Shown here piece after piece: positions 10,829-22,458 of a stretch of 64,000 nt of DNA. A program made the position numbers and the translations under genes. The stretch lies in the NCBI GenBank assembly GCA_965637545.1, contig OZ281500.1, positions 7,192,001 through 7,256,000 of the forward strand. The letters are read 5' to 3'. Positions within the stretch are counted from its first letter, which is position 1, and each line of letters begins with the position of its first letter. Under the pieces are notes generated by a model. It made no database searches, was not told the DNA's origin, and worked only from the letters and a program-made list of their open reading frames with translations. The DNA is from Phallusia mammillata. Taxonomy: Eukaryota.

Positions 10829-13800
10829 ATGTCGAATTTTGAGGAGAGATGCCTTCCCAAATGCACGTTCGTGGGATGCGTTGATAACTTGAACTCTGTC
10901 ATTTTAAGAGGAACATTGCATCAAGTGAAAGGTTCGAGTCCACATGTAGTGCATTAGGTTTTGTTTGACTTTGCACAAATTTAGGTACAACTAGTTATGT
11001 ATGTCACGTTGCAATTTGTTAAAAATGGTAGCCATTTTATCACAAAAATGACAGGAGTGAGGAATCAGATGGCCATAAAGTTTCCAATACATTTATCTTT
11101 GTGTAGATTAAGTGGAGTTATTTTTTGTTGAATTATGATAAAACCCATTCTGTTGAAGGGCTGTTGCATATTAGGGTTAACTGTATTTAACAAGTAAAAG
11201 TAACACAAAATCTGAAATAACTCTGAAAGCACAAAGATTTTTTATAGAATAAAAATGTGAAGAGCCTAATTGCTGTTTAAATGCTAACAGCAACAGTGTT
11301 TTTTGAAGTTAAGTGAATGGTATACCAGGGCTTGGCATTCTAATGTATGGTTTTCTGCCAAAAAGTAACACAGCCTAATGTTTTTGTGATGTTTGTAGAG
11401 TATGTGCGCAGTCATTGTATCAATGCTCTTTACCGCCAAGACAGCAATGGACGTACACCGCTTCATGTAACTGCCTCCTGTGGGAAGGCAGACATATTAC
11501 ATTGGTTGTTGGAGCAAGCTAAGGAGTCACCTTCCACTTTCAATGTGAATTGTAAGGATGTTGAATCTGGATGGACTGCTCTGCACCGAGCTGTGTACTT
11601 TGGAAGGGTTGGGTGTGTGGTTGCTCTATTGCAGGTACTACCACTGAGATATCATAATCAAGTTTAAATGACAAGTATCCTATTTGTAAAACTGTAATCT
11701 TTGTTTCTGGATGGATTATCTTCAAAGTACCAAGTTATTTATGCATCCAATTTATGACTTACTTTTCTTTTAAACCTAAATCTTAAAGTATTGTTTGCCA
11801 TTTACAATGCCAGTCTCGTTTTTTTGATTAAATAATTACTGCAGTAATAATTCTTGTTTATAAATACATCTATTTTACGTTTTTAATATGTTACTTTTTT
11901 GTTTTTTCAAGAATGGTGCTTCAATGTGGATCAAAGACAAAGATGGATGTAATATTCTGACATTTATGACCAATGATGTGGCACCTTGGGTGAATAAGCC
12001 TAATGTAAATAGGAATAGCAATATTAGCATCAAGAAGTAAGTGTCAAATTTCACTTGTGAACTGTTTATAATATTGAATTATTGTCTGTTTATATATAGC
12101 TGTGCTGAATAATGGCTGCTGCAGTGGTTCCCAACCTTTTTCGTCCTGTGCACCCTTTTAGTCGATATTCAAATCTAATTCCCCGCCTACATTATACGAT
12201 AATACAATAACTTTCTTTTTCTCAGCTCATATATGGCAAATGCAGCAATAACACATAGCAAAGACAACCAGAAAGTGTTTTATATTGTGACACAAATTTC
12301 CCCCTGGTTGGGAACCTCTGGGCTGTTGCAACTGCTGTTGGCGTAAATTGGTTGTTTTTGCTAATTAGTGTTGTATGCTTTATTTTTTGCAGTTGGAATG
12401 ACCTTCGTAAATCAGATTCCACTGACTTATACACATGGGGTGTAAATGAAAATATGACTCTTGCTCATGAAAGTCAAAAGAGCAGAAAATTACCGGAAGT
12501 TGTTGAATGTTTTGCCAGAAAGAAAATATCAATTGCACAGGTAAAAAATATCAATTGCTCTTACAGTACAAACCCCCAAGAATTGTCTATTTGTGCATTC
12601 ACTAAAGCCCTGACTTTTATTAGTGCCATAATACAAACACGAGATGCATTGAATCAGCTAAATTAGGTTTGGACCAAAACCAAATATTTATCAGTTTTTT
12701 AATCACAAACATTACTGCCAAGGTAGTGGTGTACATAGAATACATCGTTCAGAAGTTTCACAATCTCTGTTGGCATCATCACTGACGTCTGAACGATGTA
12801 TGCTATATACACCACTACCTTGGCAGTAATGTTTGTGATTAAATTACTTTTCAAGTCCGTGTATAGTGTTCCTAAGTACCAGTTTTTTTATTCAACACTA
12901 GTTAATACAATCTTAGTTATTATGCAGTCAGGTTCTTTGGTGTGCATTTAAATAAAAAAAAAAACATTTTTCACTTTAAAGTTGTGTTTGTAAAAGATTC
13001 AATTTCCATTGAATCATTAGGATTTATTCCGCCGACAAAATTTGACAAACCAAAGTTTCAGTACATCAAATACACGGTACAAATACCCAATCCGAGATAT
13101 TTTAAAGTGGTCTTTAAACCAAGTTCTGATGGTGCTTCACTGCTTTGAGTGGGCATATCTATTTAGTATTATACTGTCATATTTCTGTTTTTACCAGGTT
13201 GTGCTATGCAAGTTCCACTCATTATTTCTCACACATGAGGGTGTTGTTTATACCTGTGGCAACGGGAGAGGTGGAAGACTTGGCACTGGACAAGAAGACA
13301 CTTTTATACATCCTCAAAAAACTGAAGGCCTTACAAATATAAAAGTTATCAACATATCTGCATCTGTTGATCACTCTGTGTTTGTGGCTGAAGATGGCCA
13401 GGTTTGTAACTGTAAGTTTCTTTAAGATGCAAAACAGCTTTAAATCAAAACTATAATTTAGGTGTTTGTTTGTGGAATGAACCATTGTCGAGTGTTGGGG
13501 CTCAATCCACCTCCACCTAAGGTTTTGATCCCCACTAAAGTTACCACTCTCCGCGACAATCACATTATTGGCTGTAGTGTAGGCTGTTATCACACTGTGG
13601 TGTGGACACCAACATCTCTTTACACATTTGGAACCAATGCAGGACAATTAGGTAATTCTTTTTCAAGCTTTAAGTAAACTTTTCTGTTGTCAAACATTTT
13701 TCTTTGTTTTCTTTAAGCAGGGGAAAATGTAAAGAATAACTAATGTTTTTTCCTAGGTCATGCAAAAGGCGATACCTTTATTATTACACCCCGCCAAGTA

Positions 13801-16800
13801 TCTGGTGTGTACAAAGAAGACAGCAAGATATTGTCTGTGCATTCAAGTGATGCTGCCACTGTTGTTGCAACTTCCCAGGTAACTATTTTCACCCAAGAAC
13901 ACCATTCCTGATTGGGAACATACAAATATTTTTTGCAGGGATCAGTGTATGTCTTGCATGAGTTTGTTGTTCGCAAAATTGTGTCAAAGCACATGGATAT
14001 TGAAAAACTGCAAGTCGGAGGTGGTTTGCTGGATAAGACTGTTGTGGGTCAGGTAGATAATGGTGCTATATTTGGATGTATTTATTTTGTGAATACATAT
14101 AAAGGCTATTTAATGTCAATTTTGTGTTGTTATCCAATCAGGTAAAATTGACATTCTCTGGTAACAAACTTGTAAAAGACGATCATCAACAAAGAGATGA
14201 CAGAGAATGTCGTGTACTGATTTTAAAAAAGTCAGGTGATTTAATATCATGGTCATCTTCACATGCAAGCATTGACAGATGTCAGTTTGGTATAAAACAG
14301 GTAATGATCAGAGCAGTAGCCCAAATTTGCAATAGCATAAATCCTAATTCTGTTAGTGCTGTCAAAAAATGTAGTATTTTCGCAAGAAATACTAAGACCA
14401 TTTAAATTTTCATTTGGAACCACCTGTATTAAATTAGATGAATTCTTCTTAAGTTAGACTCATTTTGCAGGTGCATTGGATAAGTGATATTGTTATGAGT
14501 AGTCGGGGCAGCAATGTGTTGTTTGTCTCTGTTGATGGAACAGCTTACATCGGACAGTATTCTGCTTGGCATCCTGGAAAGTCAAAGAAAAACCAGTCAC
14601 TCCACAAACAGGTTAACTTTTACTGTCTCTGCTTTAAGCATTAATTTGTGCAGTTTAAATACAACATGCATGAATTTTTTTGTTTACATTTTTAGGAATT
14701 TGCAAACAGCTTGGAACTATTGGAAGCAGATTCATCACAAACATTTAACTTGGAGCAAGTTCCTTGTGCCTTCCGCACTCATTCTGCAGTGTTGGGACCC
14801 AAAGGAAGAAACACTGCCATTCTTCAATCAGACCCACGGAATTTTGTTACCAATGTAAGCCACTATATCAGGGGCGGGCAACTTCTCCAGTCGGCGGGCC
14901 TGATATGGGAAAATGAAGTACTTGGCGGGCCGGATTCGTGAAACGATACACTAATCGCGTATTTATCCAGTGATTTAAAACGGATTTTTGACCACCTAAA
15001 CTAAATACAATCAAGAACGTCGCAATTACAATACAGTCCAAACAATCTAACTGATATAACATAAAATTATTCACCACAGCAAATTTAATGCATATACCAC
15101 AGACTTGGATACTGCTGAAACACTAACCACACTACATGTGTGGAAACAAAGGAAACCGTGAAAGCAGGCCACGCACAAGGTTGGCAGTTATGTCGTAACA
15201 ATGGACGTATGGTGCAATGGTAACAACGGCGGGAAAGTTTTTCTGTTATTGGGGAGCGTTACTGTTTGTTACAACTATAATTTGACGTAGTAAGCAAGTA
15301 GTGGGGGATTCGGCAGACTGTGGCCGCGGGCCACGTTATCATGTAAGACCAGAAACTGTCTGCGGGCCGCTCAAAATCCCGTCCGTATGTTGCCCGCCCC
15401 TGCACTATATGTTAAGATTCAGCAGTAACCATTATGTAACCCATTTATGTTGAACTTTTTTGGTTTTGTCTAGGTTCCATTTGTGACTGCAAGTGAACTA
15501 TCAGAACATCTTGGTGCTTTGCTTAAAGATGCAAATGATCGTGACATCCTTCATGACATAATCATCAGAGTAAAAAGAAAAGATAAACCAGATGTTACAT
15601 ATCCTGCTCATTCTTACATTCTTGCATCTCGCTCATCACTTTTTTACAAACTCCTATTATCAGAAGTCACCTCTGGTGAAGATTGTGGTGAAATTGTCAT
15701 TGAGAATGTGTACCCTAAAATTGCAAAGAACCTGTTGCAGTTAATATATACTGGCACATGTGAAATGCTACAAAGCAATCAGCAGTTCAATGAGGAGTTG
15801 GTTGAGCTTGGATTGTGCAAAGTTTACTGCGGAACAAATGAGAAATGCTTTGATGGTGATATCACCTCAACCAAATTTGGTAAAAAGGAAGAAAATTCGA
15901 AAGTAAACAGCATTACCCTGCTTAGAAATGTTGCTGTCAAGCTTGGTATCTTTGGTATCAAAGAAACTGTTGACAAACTTGTTGTACATGATGGGAAAAT
16001 TGTCAAAACTGCCAGTTTGCCTTCATTTACATTGAACAGAATGTTGCATCCTAATTTGTTTGACTGTGTCATCGAATGTGATGATGGTCAAACATTTCAA
16101 GCACACAGGTGTGTTTTGTGTGCTAGAGCACCATTCTTTCAAGGCATGCTCCTTTCTCCATGGATGGAATCCTCAAACATGAAAATTGGTGAATGTGCTC
16201 ACTTGAAGGTAAAATATGTATTGACAACATTGCTATATAACTTTATGCAAAAATGCATTACATTAAAATGTCAGTTCTTTTGTATTGTGTCACAAGTAGA
16301 AGTGAGTTGTGCGACATTTGCAATTTATACAGGTTCCGGTGCCATCTGATGTTTTTCGCTTTGTGCTTGACTTTGCTTACACTGATTCACCCACTTCACT
16401 TCATGGGGCCACATCAATTGAAAGTCTTTGTGAAATACTGGCTTCTGCGGACTTGCTGTTAATGGACAGACTGAAACAAGTTGCTGAAGTGCAAGTAAGT
16501 TCCTAGGGATAGACCAAATCTAAAAATGTTCTGTTTGGTCGAGCACCGAGCATCTCATGTGAATACTCGGCCGAGTACCACCATCTCATGTGAATACTCG
16601 GCCGAGTATCACCATCGGTGTATTAAGCTGTACAGGCTACAAAAGTATTTTCCTCCATCTAACACATTTAAAAAACAGTCATTTTTGTTCTTGATACCCT
16701 TTTGAACACTAGTTTCACATCTTAGCAGGGCATGAATATGCAATTTAATGCTTGGGTCAGTTTGTGCAACTGCTCAGCCGAGCACTGAGCATCAAAAACA

Positions 16801-18793
16801 GCAATGTTCAGTACAGAGTACTCAGGTTCAGGCTCGCCTTGGCTCGGCCCATCCCATTTAGTTACCAATTTTTTGACAACTCCCACACACAAAAAGTAAA
16901 AATAACATTGTTTTGCACACAGATTGTTCCACTTTTGACTTTGAAAAATGTAGTTTCCGTTAGTGAAGTTGCTGAAGCGTTTAACAGCAAACAATTATAC
17001 AATTCATGCCTGCAATTCGCTTGTCAAAACTTGCCAGCACTTTTATGCACACCATCTTTCCATTCTGCTGACCCAGAGGTGTTTGATGAACTTGAAAACA
17101 TATACAGGTGGGATTTGACTTGTCTACCAATTGCAAACACATAGTTACAACCTTGAAGAATTTAAATTTGCCCCAAGTTTACCTACTTTGTGATTAGGAT
17201 CACTTTGTAAAACGATTTGTTTTCATGTTTGAGTGTTCTGCTAAAGTTTTCCTATATTGCTTGGCTTTTTGTATTCCATATTAAAATCTTTCAGTGGAAT
17301 TAATTAGCTTTGGTGGTCCTGCAAAAAATTGTTGACTTTTTTGAAGGTCGAATATCCCAGATGTGTACACAAGGGTTATAGCTTCAACGAGTGATGTTCC
17401 CAGGATTGACCACATCCCTCGGTATCCTACAGATGGGGATGTACATGATTCTTCTGATGAGAGAAAGATAAAGGTACAGCATAACACCTCACCGAGTCGT
17501 AGAAAGCCCAGTCTGAGCAGTGGACCATCGAAGGGTAAAAGAAACAAAAAATTTGGAGTCCTTCTTTCAGACTTGTTATACAAGGAACCAAAATATGCAG
17601 AGGATGAAATTTTAGAAAAAATGTTGGCAACCTCTGATGAACCAACGCAAGATGATGGAAGTGCTGTAGTAGTGGAGAGTAATAAACAAGCCACTCTTGA
17701 AAGGCCGAAAGCATTAAAAACTGAAGTAAAAACAACACTGAACACAACTGAACCTAATTCTTCTGCCAAAGCAAAAAAGGTTGAATCTGTGTCAAGTTGG
17801 TTGCCAAACAGTAATGCTAAAATTTTGAACAAAGACCCGAATCAATCCTATTCAACCAATGACTTTCCATCACTTGCAAATATCAAACAAAATGGATCAT
17901 CAAACATGAACAAAGGTAGCTCAGGCCATCCTGTGCATGGAAAGACAAAAAAGTTGTCACAAAAGGAAAGGCGCCGCTTAAGAGAGCAGGAGAACACAGC
18001 ACATGTCACTGAACCTGTTTCTCCACCTGTAAAACCAGTCACAAATGCATGGGGAATTCCTATGAGGTGATTTTTAAGGGTTACCTGAATTTCTACGAAA
18101 TCTTATCATTTTTTGTTTTTGTCGACTCATGCCACATTTAAAGATTGTTCAAATACCTTATTTTGTGAATGTAGATCACCAAAGCAAACTACAGCCATAT
18201 GGGATGTCCCAGATGCAACAAAGACTTTTTTACCACCATCCCCTATCAAGTCACCAGATATAAAGTTCTCTCCATCAGGGTACGTGGAAACACCGTTTTA
18301 AATTTTTTTGAAAAAATGAACTATTTCTGTGCTTTACTCATTTATTAACTGTATCGAACATTTTTTAACTGTTGACAATTTTATTATAGCCCATGGCAAC
18401 AAATTCAGCTGGAAGCACGAATTTCACCACCATATGAAAATCCAGCACAAAGTGGACAAACAATGAGTTCAAGTTACGTGGAACATTCACCTTCCTTTAT
18501 CGATATTGTGGAAAGTGAACAACTATGTCATGAGAGAGCTGAAAAAACTAGCAAAAAGCCACTTGTTTTGATTCAGGTTAGATTTCAATCATCATTTCAA
18601 TTTGCAACTGTATTTAAATTAAGCACCTAATGCTTCCATGTTTTAGTTGGAAGATGAAGCTATGGATCAATTGAAAAAGCATTACCAACACTCCAGAAAG
18701 GGTGTTAAAAATGACAAACGGTTCTTTACTGTGACCAGAGTTCCTGACCACCAAGCACTCAGTTTTTCTAAAGAACGAAAGCAAAGCTCATGA
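10829..18793 (+). CDS. IBTK: Inhibitor of Bruton tyrosine kinase homologue (ankyrin-RCC1-BTB), multi-exon
   Basis: First exon MSNFEERCLPKC... spliced to ankyrin repeats (GRTPLHVTASCG, DVESGWTALHRAVYFG), RCC1 repeats (LYTWGVNENMTLAH, VYTCGNGRGGRLG, LYTFGTNAGQLG), two BTB segments (YPAHSYILASRS, FQAHRCVLCARAPFF) and a C-terminal KKLSQKERRR region. Stop TGA at 18791-18793. Confidence 0.9.
12122..12320. mobile_element. hAT (Charlie-like) MITE
   Basis: TIRs cagtggttcccaacc / ggttgggaacctctg; TSD ggctgctg / ggctgttg (7 of 8 match). Confidence 0.8.
12698..12843. repeat. Near-perfect palindrome (foldback/MITE-like) in an IBTK intron
   Basis: 56-bp arms (12698-12753 and 12788-12843) with 2 mismatches around a 34-nt loop; TTAA near both ends. 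Confidence 0.9.
14869..15402. mobile_element. hAT MITE
   Basis: TIRs caggggcgggcaac / gttgcccgcccctg; perfect 8-bp TSD cactatat (14861-14868, 15403-15410). Confidence 0.9.
16504..16857. mobile_element. hAT MITE, same family as 52233-52576
   Basis: Starts tagggatagacc and shares long internal sequence with 52233-52576 (atgttctgtttggtcga..., tcagtttgtgcaactgctc). Degenerate TSD taagttcc / ttagttac. Confidence 0.7.
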
Positions 18794-18923
18794 TGAAAGA
18801 TACCATGTAACTGTGTGCAATAAACTATGTGAAATCTTGTTTGCTTTTTGCTGGTGCATGCGCTTTTAAAAAATCATGTTTCATCTGTTTTCACGTAGCG
18901 AAAATATATGAAAAAAGAAAATG

Positions 18924-20636
18924 TTATAGAAACGTTCGATAAACATCATTGCTCACAAAGCTTGCTTGGCAGTTGGGGCAGTGTTTTGTGCCTGGTTTTG
19001 AATCTGTGGATATTTTTAGGCAACATGTCCGGCACAGTTTGTGCTCACACGGCAATATGTACTGTGCAACTGTTGATGACAAAAACGCATTGCATTTGGC
19101 ACAATAAATGTTGTTAGGCTTCTCATTGTTGTTGTCGAGTTGAATTGCCCGAAACTGTGCATTTCTTTGGTGAGCTGCCAACAGTGTTGTTTCAAGGCTA
19201 CCATACACAGATTTGTGGGTGGACCTGCTTGATTCTCCAGAATCTAGCTTTCTGATTTTAGCATTTGAATGTCTCTCACAATCTGATGGTCGCTTAATCT
19301 GTGTACTGGGCTTTGAAGAATTTGTCAGTATTACACCTCCATTAGAAGGCATTTTGCCAGAAGACAGTGTATCCAATGCATGTTGATCAAGTCTTAATTT
19401 AAGTTGGACATTTGGTACAGGCTTTTGGTTTTCTGTGAAAGTTATGCCGGTGAAGGGGTCAGATGGAGGCCGACCCCATTCTGCTTGGGCTTGAATGTGC
19501 TTGTCCAGTGTTCTTTGGTCAATAGTGTGACCGCTTGGCAGTAACACAGGGTTTTTCATCATCACACACACAAGAGGGTCAAGAAATTGTTTTGGGATTG
19601 AACCATTATCCATGTTGGTTTCATCATTTGTATTTAAAACATTCTTTGCATACATTACAGAATGTTCAGGTAACTCTTCACTTTGGGATTTGCAAGAGAT
19701 TGAATTTGGTACTGAAAATGCTTTCTTCATTTTGAGCAAGTTTTTCCACTTTTGGACAACTTCGAAACTTAGTTTTTTGTTACATTTAAAAGATGGACAC
19801 CCCCATATCTCCAAAGCTTGCATGGATGGCACACTTCCCCTCAACATCTGCAAAATCCCAACCTTTATAGCAGTTATGTTGGTGAATCTGCCTTCCAAAG
19901 TTATTATTATTTCATTTTCCTCCTGTTCACATGATGAACTGGATAAATGATAACTGTCTCTATAGTTAGGGTTGACAAAGGATATCACAGACTGCTTCGT
20001 TACAGTGGCTTTGGCAGTGTGGAAAGATATTTCGTTTAAGCATTCCAACACATTGTTGCTTTTCCTGAAAGTTAAAAAAGAAATTTACAATACAACTGTT
20101 GATTTCGGAATGCAAACTCACAAGTACCCACAAAGTTTTTTGTGATGAAAGCACTTTGATCAGTTTAGCACATTGTTGTCCTACCCACGGCTTTATCACA
20201 ATCTTTTGGAGTTGAATTGGAAGAGGAAATTTGATTGCAACATATACTGGAACTCTGGCGAATCTTTCTGCTTGAAATCCCTACAACAAAGTTATGCCCA
20301 AAAAATAGATAATGTTATGCGCTCAATGGCTCAAATATCAAAGTGGTGCAGGTCTCTCCAAAGCAACACAATGGTCACAGCAAATGTGATTCTGTTTCAA
20401 AGTTAACTTACCTAAATTACAATACACAGTATATTTTTTCTCTAAAAATAAACAGAAGTCAATTCCTTGTGATTTAAGAAACGATTTACTGCATCACTTA
20501 TACGCTAGTTTCCAAAAAATACCTTTCGACGTTTGTGCTCCTCGTTTGATATTAGGTTCGATACTTCATAACCATCCGAACTAACACATGAACAGAAGAT
20601 ATCAGATAAATCACCATACGAAAAATTCATTGCCAT
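18924..20636 (-). CDS. UBOX5: U-box domain-containing protein 5 (RING finger 37), 3 coding exons
   Basis: Exons 20636-20523, 20280-20132 and 20064-18924. N-terminal SSDGYEVSNLIS, U-box IPKQFLDPLVCVMMKNPVLLPSGHTIDQRTL...PSDPFTG, and C-terminal RING (CAKC...LPCEHKLCRTC...CPNC). Confidence 0.85.
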
Positions 20637-20931
20637 TTTGTCATCTAATTTAGAGTTGGAACAATTAGCAGTCCGTTTCGGTTACTTTAACGTAAGTTAG
20701 ACAGATTTCATTACATCTTTTTCCACACGACGATGGTGAGTCCAGGTGGTATCTTTATTGTTGCTAACACCCGCTTTCCCGTCTTAAACCAGTTTAACTT
20801 GAGCCCGGCAAACTAGTTTTTAGTTCGAGGCCGAGACCAAACTGAACAAAGTTACTGGCCTCGTGGGAAAGTACCGACAGGGACCATTGATGTATTTTTG
20901 TATCTCTATTGCTCTATTGGCTGTGTTAATC

Positions 20932-21141
20932 GGTAGAACTACTAACACTGGAATTTGGCTGGCGCCTGGTTTAGTAGGTGGCGCAACGGAGCATAGGCGT
21001 TTATGGTGCTTACTCCGCAACCATTCTTACCATAAACCCAAATTGCCGAGTCAGCACCATAAACGCCTATGCTCCGTTGCTCCACCTATCGAACAATTTT
21101 CAACCAGGCGCCAGCCAAGTTCCTGTGTTAGTAGCTCTACC
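20932..21141. mobile_element. Mutator-like (MULE) hairpin MITE upstream of UBOX5
   Basis: Long imperfect TIRs covering almost the whole element (ggtagaactactaacactgg... / ...cctgtgttagtagctctacc); perfect 9-bp TSD gtgttaatc (20923-20931, 21142-21150). Confidence 0.8.
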
Positions 21142-21466
21142 GTGTTAATCAAAGCACGACAAACCGTGGTAAAAACTTTTCTATACTCTTTGAGCAGAGG
21201 TGTGCAACATACAATACTGATAAGCTAAATACAATTAACAAAATTGCACCTCGACCCGCAACTACATAACAAAAGTTTGCGATATAATTAGGTATGCCAA
21301 ATATGATTCTATTGTGAGCAGCTACCAGTAAAATGCACAAGTGATTCTTGTCGTATTGCTAGGTCGCAGAAATACAGCACCGGATGCATTTAACTGCTCA
21401 GAAACAAAGACTGAAATAGAGTTGCTTACTAGCATTGTATAGAAATAGTTTAGCGAGCCCCTTATC

Positions 21467-22247
21467 CAGGGTTGGGTAACGAGTCCTATCAGTCGAGTCT
21501 CAAGTCAAGTCAAGTCAGTAGGGGTCCGAGTCCCAAGTCAAGTCAAGTCACAAGGGGTTCGAGTCTCAAGTCGAGTCGAGTCATTAGCGGTTCGAGTCTC
21601 AAGTCGAGTCAAGTCATTAGCAGTTCGAGTCAAGGCAAGTCACAAAAAGTTTTTGCAAAAAGGTTTAGATAGTTAATCCCAGCATTTGAATGGTTCATCG
21701 CGCCTTTTTAACTTAAAACGGACACCGCTTCTTTACAATGAACAAATCCCATCAACGTCCCTTTCTTAGAGTAGGGTCAACTTTAATGAAACACATTAAT
21801 TGACACTCATTAAACAGTGTGAAAAAGAACGTCATCCTGTTCAAAGGAGTTTTTGAAAACCAAAAATTCATATTTTACCGCATGCGCTAGACTAGAGCGT
21901 TTGTTCAGTAATATAAGCACTTAAAAGCGAATACTTGGCCTTGGCATGAACTGCATTCGATTACCTTAAAACCCAAGCAATTAGTACAACGCTTAATGCC
22001 AGCGTAAGAAAGTTTAGCAAAATGTAGCAGCGACTTCGTTACGTTAAAATTAAGCAGAAATAACTTCGCATCGCACAGTGAATTGCTGCTGTTGTTTGGT
22101 TGAAGTCAACTGAACAGGTTATCCATTATTTCCGTTTTGTTGGTGAAATAACGAGTAGAGTCTCTTCACAACTGAGACTCGAGTCAAGTCGAGTCTTTTA
22201 AAAAGGTGACTCGAGTCGAGTCACTGACTCGAGTCTCCCCATCACTG
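21467..22247. mobile_element. hAT MITE with GAGTC/CAAGT subterminal repeats
   Basis: Ends cagggttggg / ccccatcactg; perfect 8-bp TSD cccttatc (21459-21466, 22248-22255); clustered gagtc/caagt repeats at both ends. Confidence 0.9.
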
Positions 22248-22458
22248 CCCTTATCCTATTTCGGTCGGTCATTTAGCCCGCGGTGCCACAGGTTGCAAAG
22301 TAGGCTACGTCCTGATATAAAATACCGGTGAAAAGGTTTTCTATGGCTGCCTAAACATTGTCTTCGTGATAGCAAATAACATTGATACGACACACAGCTT
22401 TTTTGTATATTTATTTCGTCGAATACGTCTGTTTCGACGTGGAGATGGGTACGCATGA

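Noticed and set aside
17281-17832. 183-aa minus-strand ORF
   Set aside because: Antisense shadow of the large IBTK exon; no independent splice or domain signal.
21472-21672. Ser-rich ORF and regularly spaced GAGTC/CAAGT repeats, superficially array-like
   Set aside because: These are subterminal repeats of a hAT MITE with an 8-bp TSD; no constant repeat plus unique spacer pattern, so not CRISPR and not a gene.
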